Below, piece after piece: positions 63,201 to 64,000 of a DNA stretch of 64,000 nucleotides (its first letter is position 1; every line of letters begins with the position of its first letter). The notes beneath the pieces are model-generated. The model was not told the DNA's origin, did no database searches, and saw only the letters and a list, made by a program, of their open reading frames with translations. The translations under genes and the position numbers were made by a program. The stretch lies in the NCBI GenBank assembly GCA_965637545.1, contig OZ281501.1, positions 13,702,001 to 13,766,000 on the forward strand, written 5' to 3'. The DNA is from Phallusia mammillata (taxonomy: Eukaryota).

Positions 63201-64000
63201 CAGCTGCGCATTGCCTTTCAAGCCGACAAACAGCAAAACAAAGCCACTATTGTCGACACCTTGTTAGCGCTTTGTCTCCCGTCCACCTAAAAGGCTTACC
63301 TGCGCGTTTTAACTGATTTGTAAACCTAAATAAACTGTGTGAGATACACAAATCACCCAAGTGCCATGATTGGTGGTTGGTTGCACCTGCAACTGTTTAA
63401 TATGTAAAAAAATGCATGTGAATATTCATACGTAATAACTGTTTTACTAGTAATGGCGTATTGGTTAAAAAATATGTTTGTTACTCAATTAGGGTATAAT
63501 TGCGAATGCCGTTTTGGGTATAATGTAAAGAGTACATAAAATCCTTATTTTGTGGTTCTGGTGGATTTATAACTGCAGCAGTAAATCAATTGTCAAATGC
63601 TGTCAGTTAAGTCTACACTACGACTCGGCCATCGATTTACAGCAGTCACTCTCGCTAGAGCAGTTGCAGCCTCCTCTGAAGATAACCCAGCGCTAGGAGC
63701 CGCTTAAATCGCTTTCTAAGGTCTATCTGCTATGGATGGATCACACAACTAAGCTACAGCAGCAGTCGGTTAAAATTAGCCCTGTATCTCGCTAAGCTGG
63801 AATTTGCGGTTGCAAGTTAATAACGGGCTGGCCTTGTATGGTTCAAGCCGTGAAAGTAAAATCCGTGGCTCTTGTTTGTATTGAGTCGAAAAAGAGACGA
63901 ATCGAAGTAGCTCCCGGCCAGACTAGCCAGTTAATACCCAAATACTGCCAGATTTATACGTTAGTTTAACCCGTGGAAATCGGTTATTGGGTCTGCCGCA

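Noticed and set aside
1-64000. CRISPR arrays, rRNA, intact tRNA, or an ascidian spliced-leader RNA gene
   Set aside because: By eye I found no regularly spaced repeat-spacer array, no rRNA-like or cloverleaf sequence, and no ATTCTATTTGAATAAG leader. A tRNAscan or Infernal run would be needed to exclude small RNAs formally.

Overview
Eukaryotic, AT-rich, compact-intron genomic DNA. The gene content and 50-500 bp introns suggest an invertebrate chordate such as an ascidian (inference). I assembled exons by hand using GT-AG sites and reading-frame phase. In order: the 3' 19 exons of an LRP2/megalin gene (+, 67-10071); an 11-exon, ~1281-aa low-complexity protein gene (+, 13337-20632); a ~1003-aa secreted protein gene with trefoil-like modules and 7 TSP1 repeats (-, 23579-34702), head-to-head with LRRC73 (+, 35592-38720); a TPR-like gene (-, 39847-49469) whose 81-bp intron 2 carries an intact BEL/Pao LTR retrotransposon (41374-48487; identical 627-bp LTRs, ACTAC TSD, 1898-aa gag-pol); UBFD1 (-, 50889-53665); and a tentative 94-aa six-exon gene (-, 54384-55398). 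Three hAT-type MITEs have perfect 8-bp TSDs, and there are several other inverted-repeat elements. The most interesting observations are: two canonical-looking small introns inside the retrotransposon LTR that contain 3 of the 4 upstream ATGs; no recognisable tRNA primer-binding site in that otherwise intact element; minimal hammerhead-ribozyme-like motifs in outward-facing inverted pairs in two introns; and the trefoil + mucin-like + TSP1 domain architecture. The region 56-64 kb is unresolved. No CRISPR arrays, rRNA or intact tRNA genes were seen.
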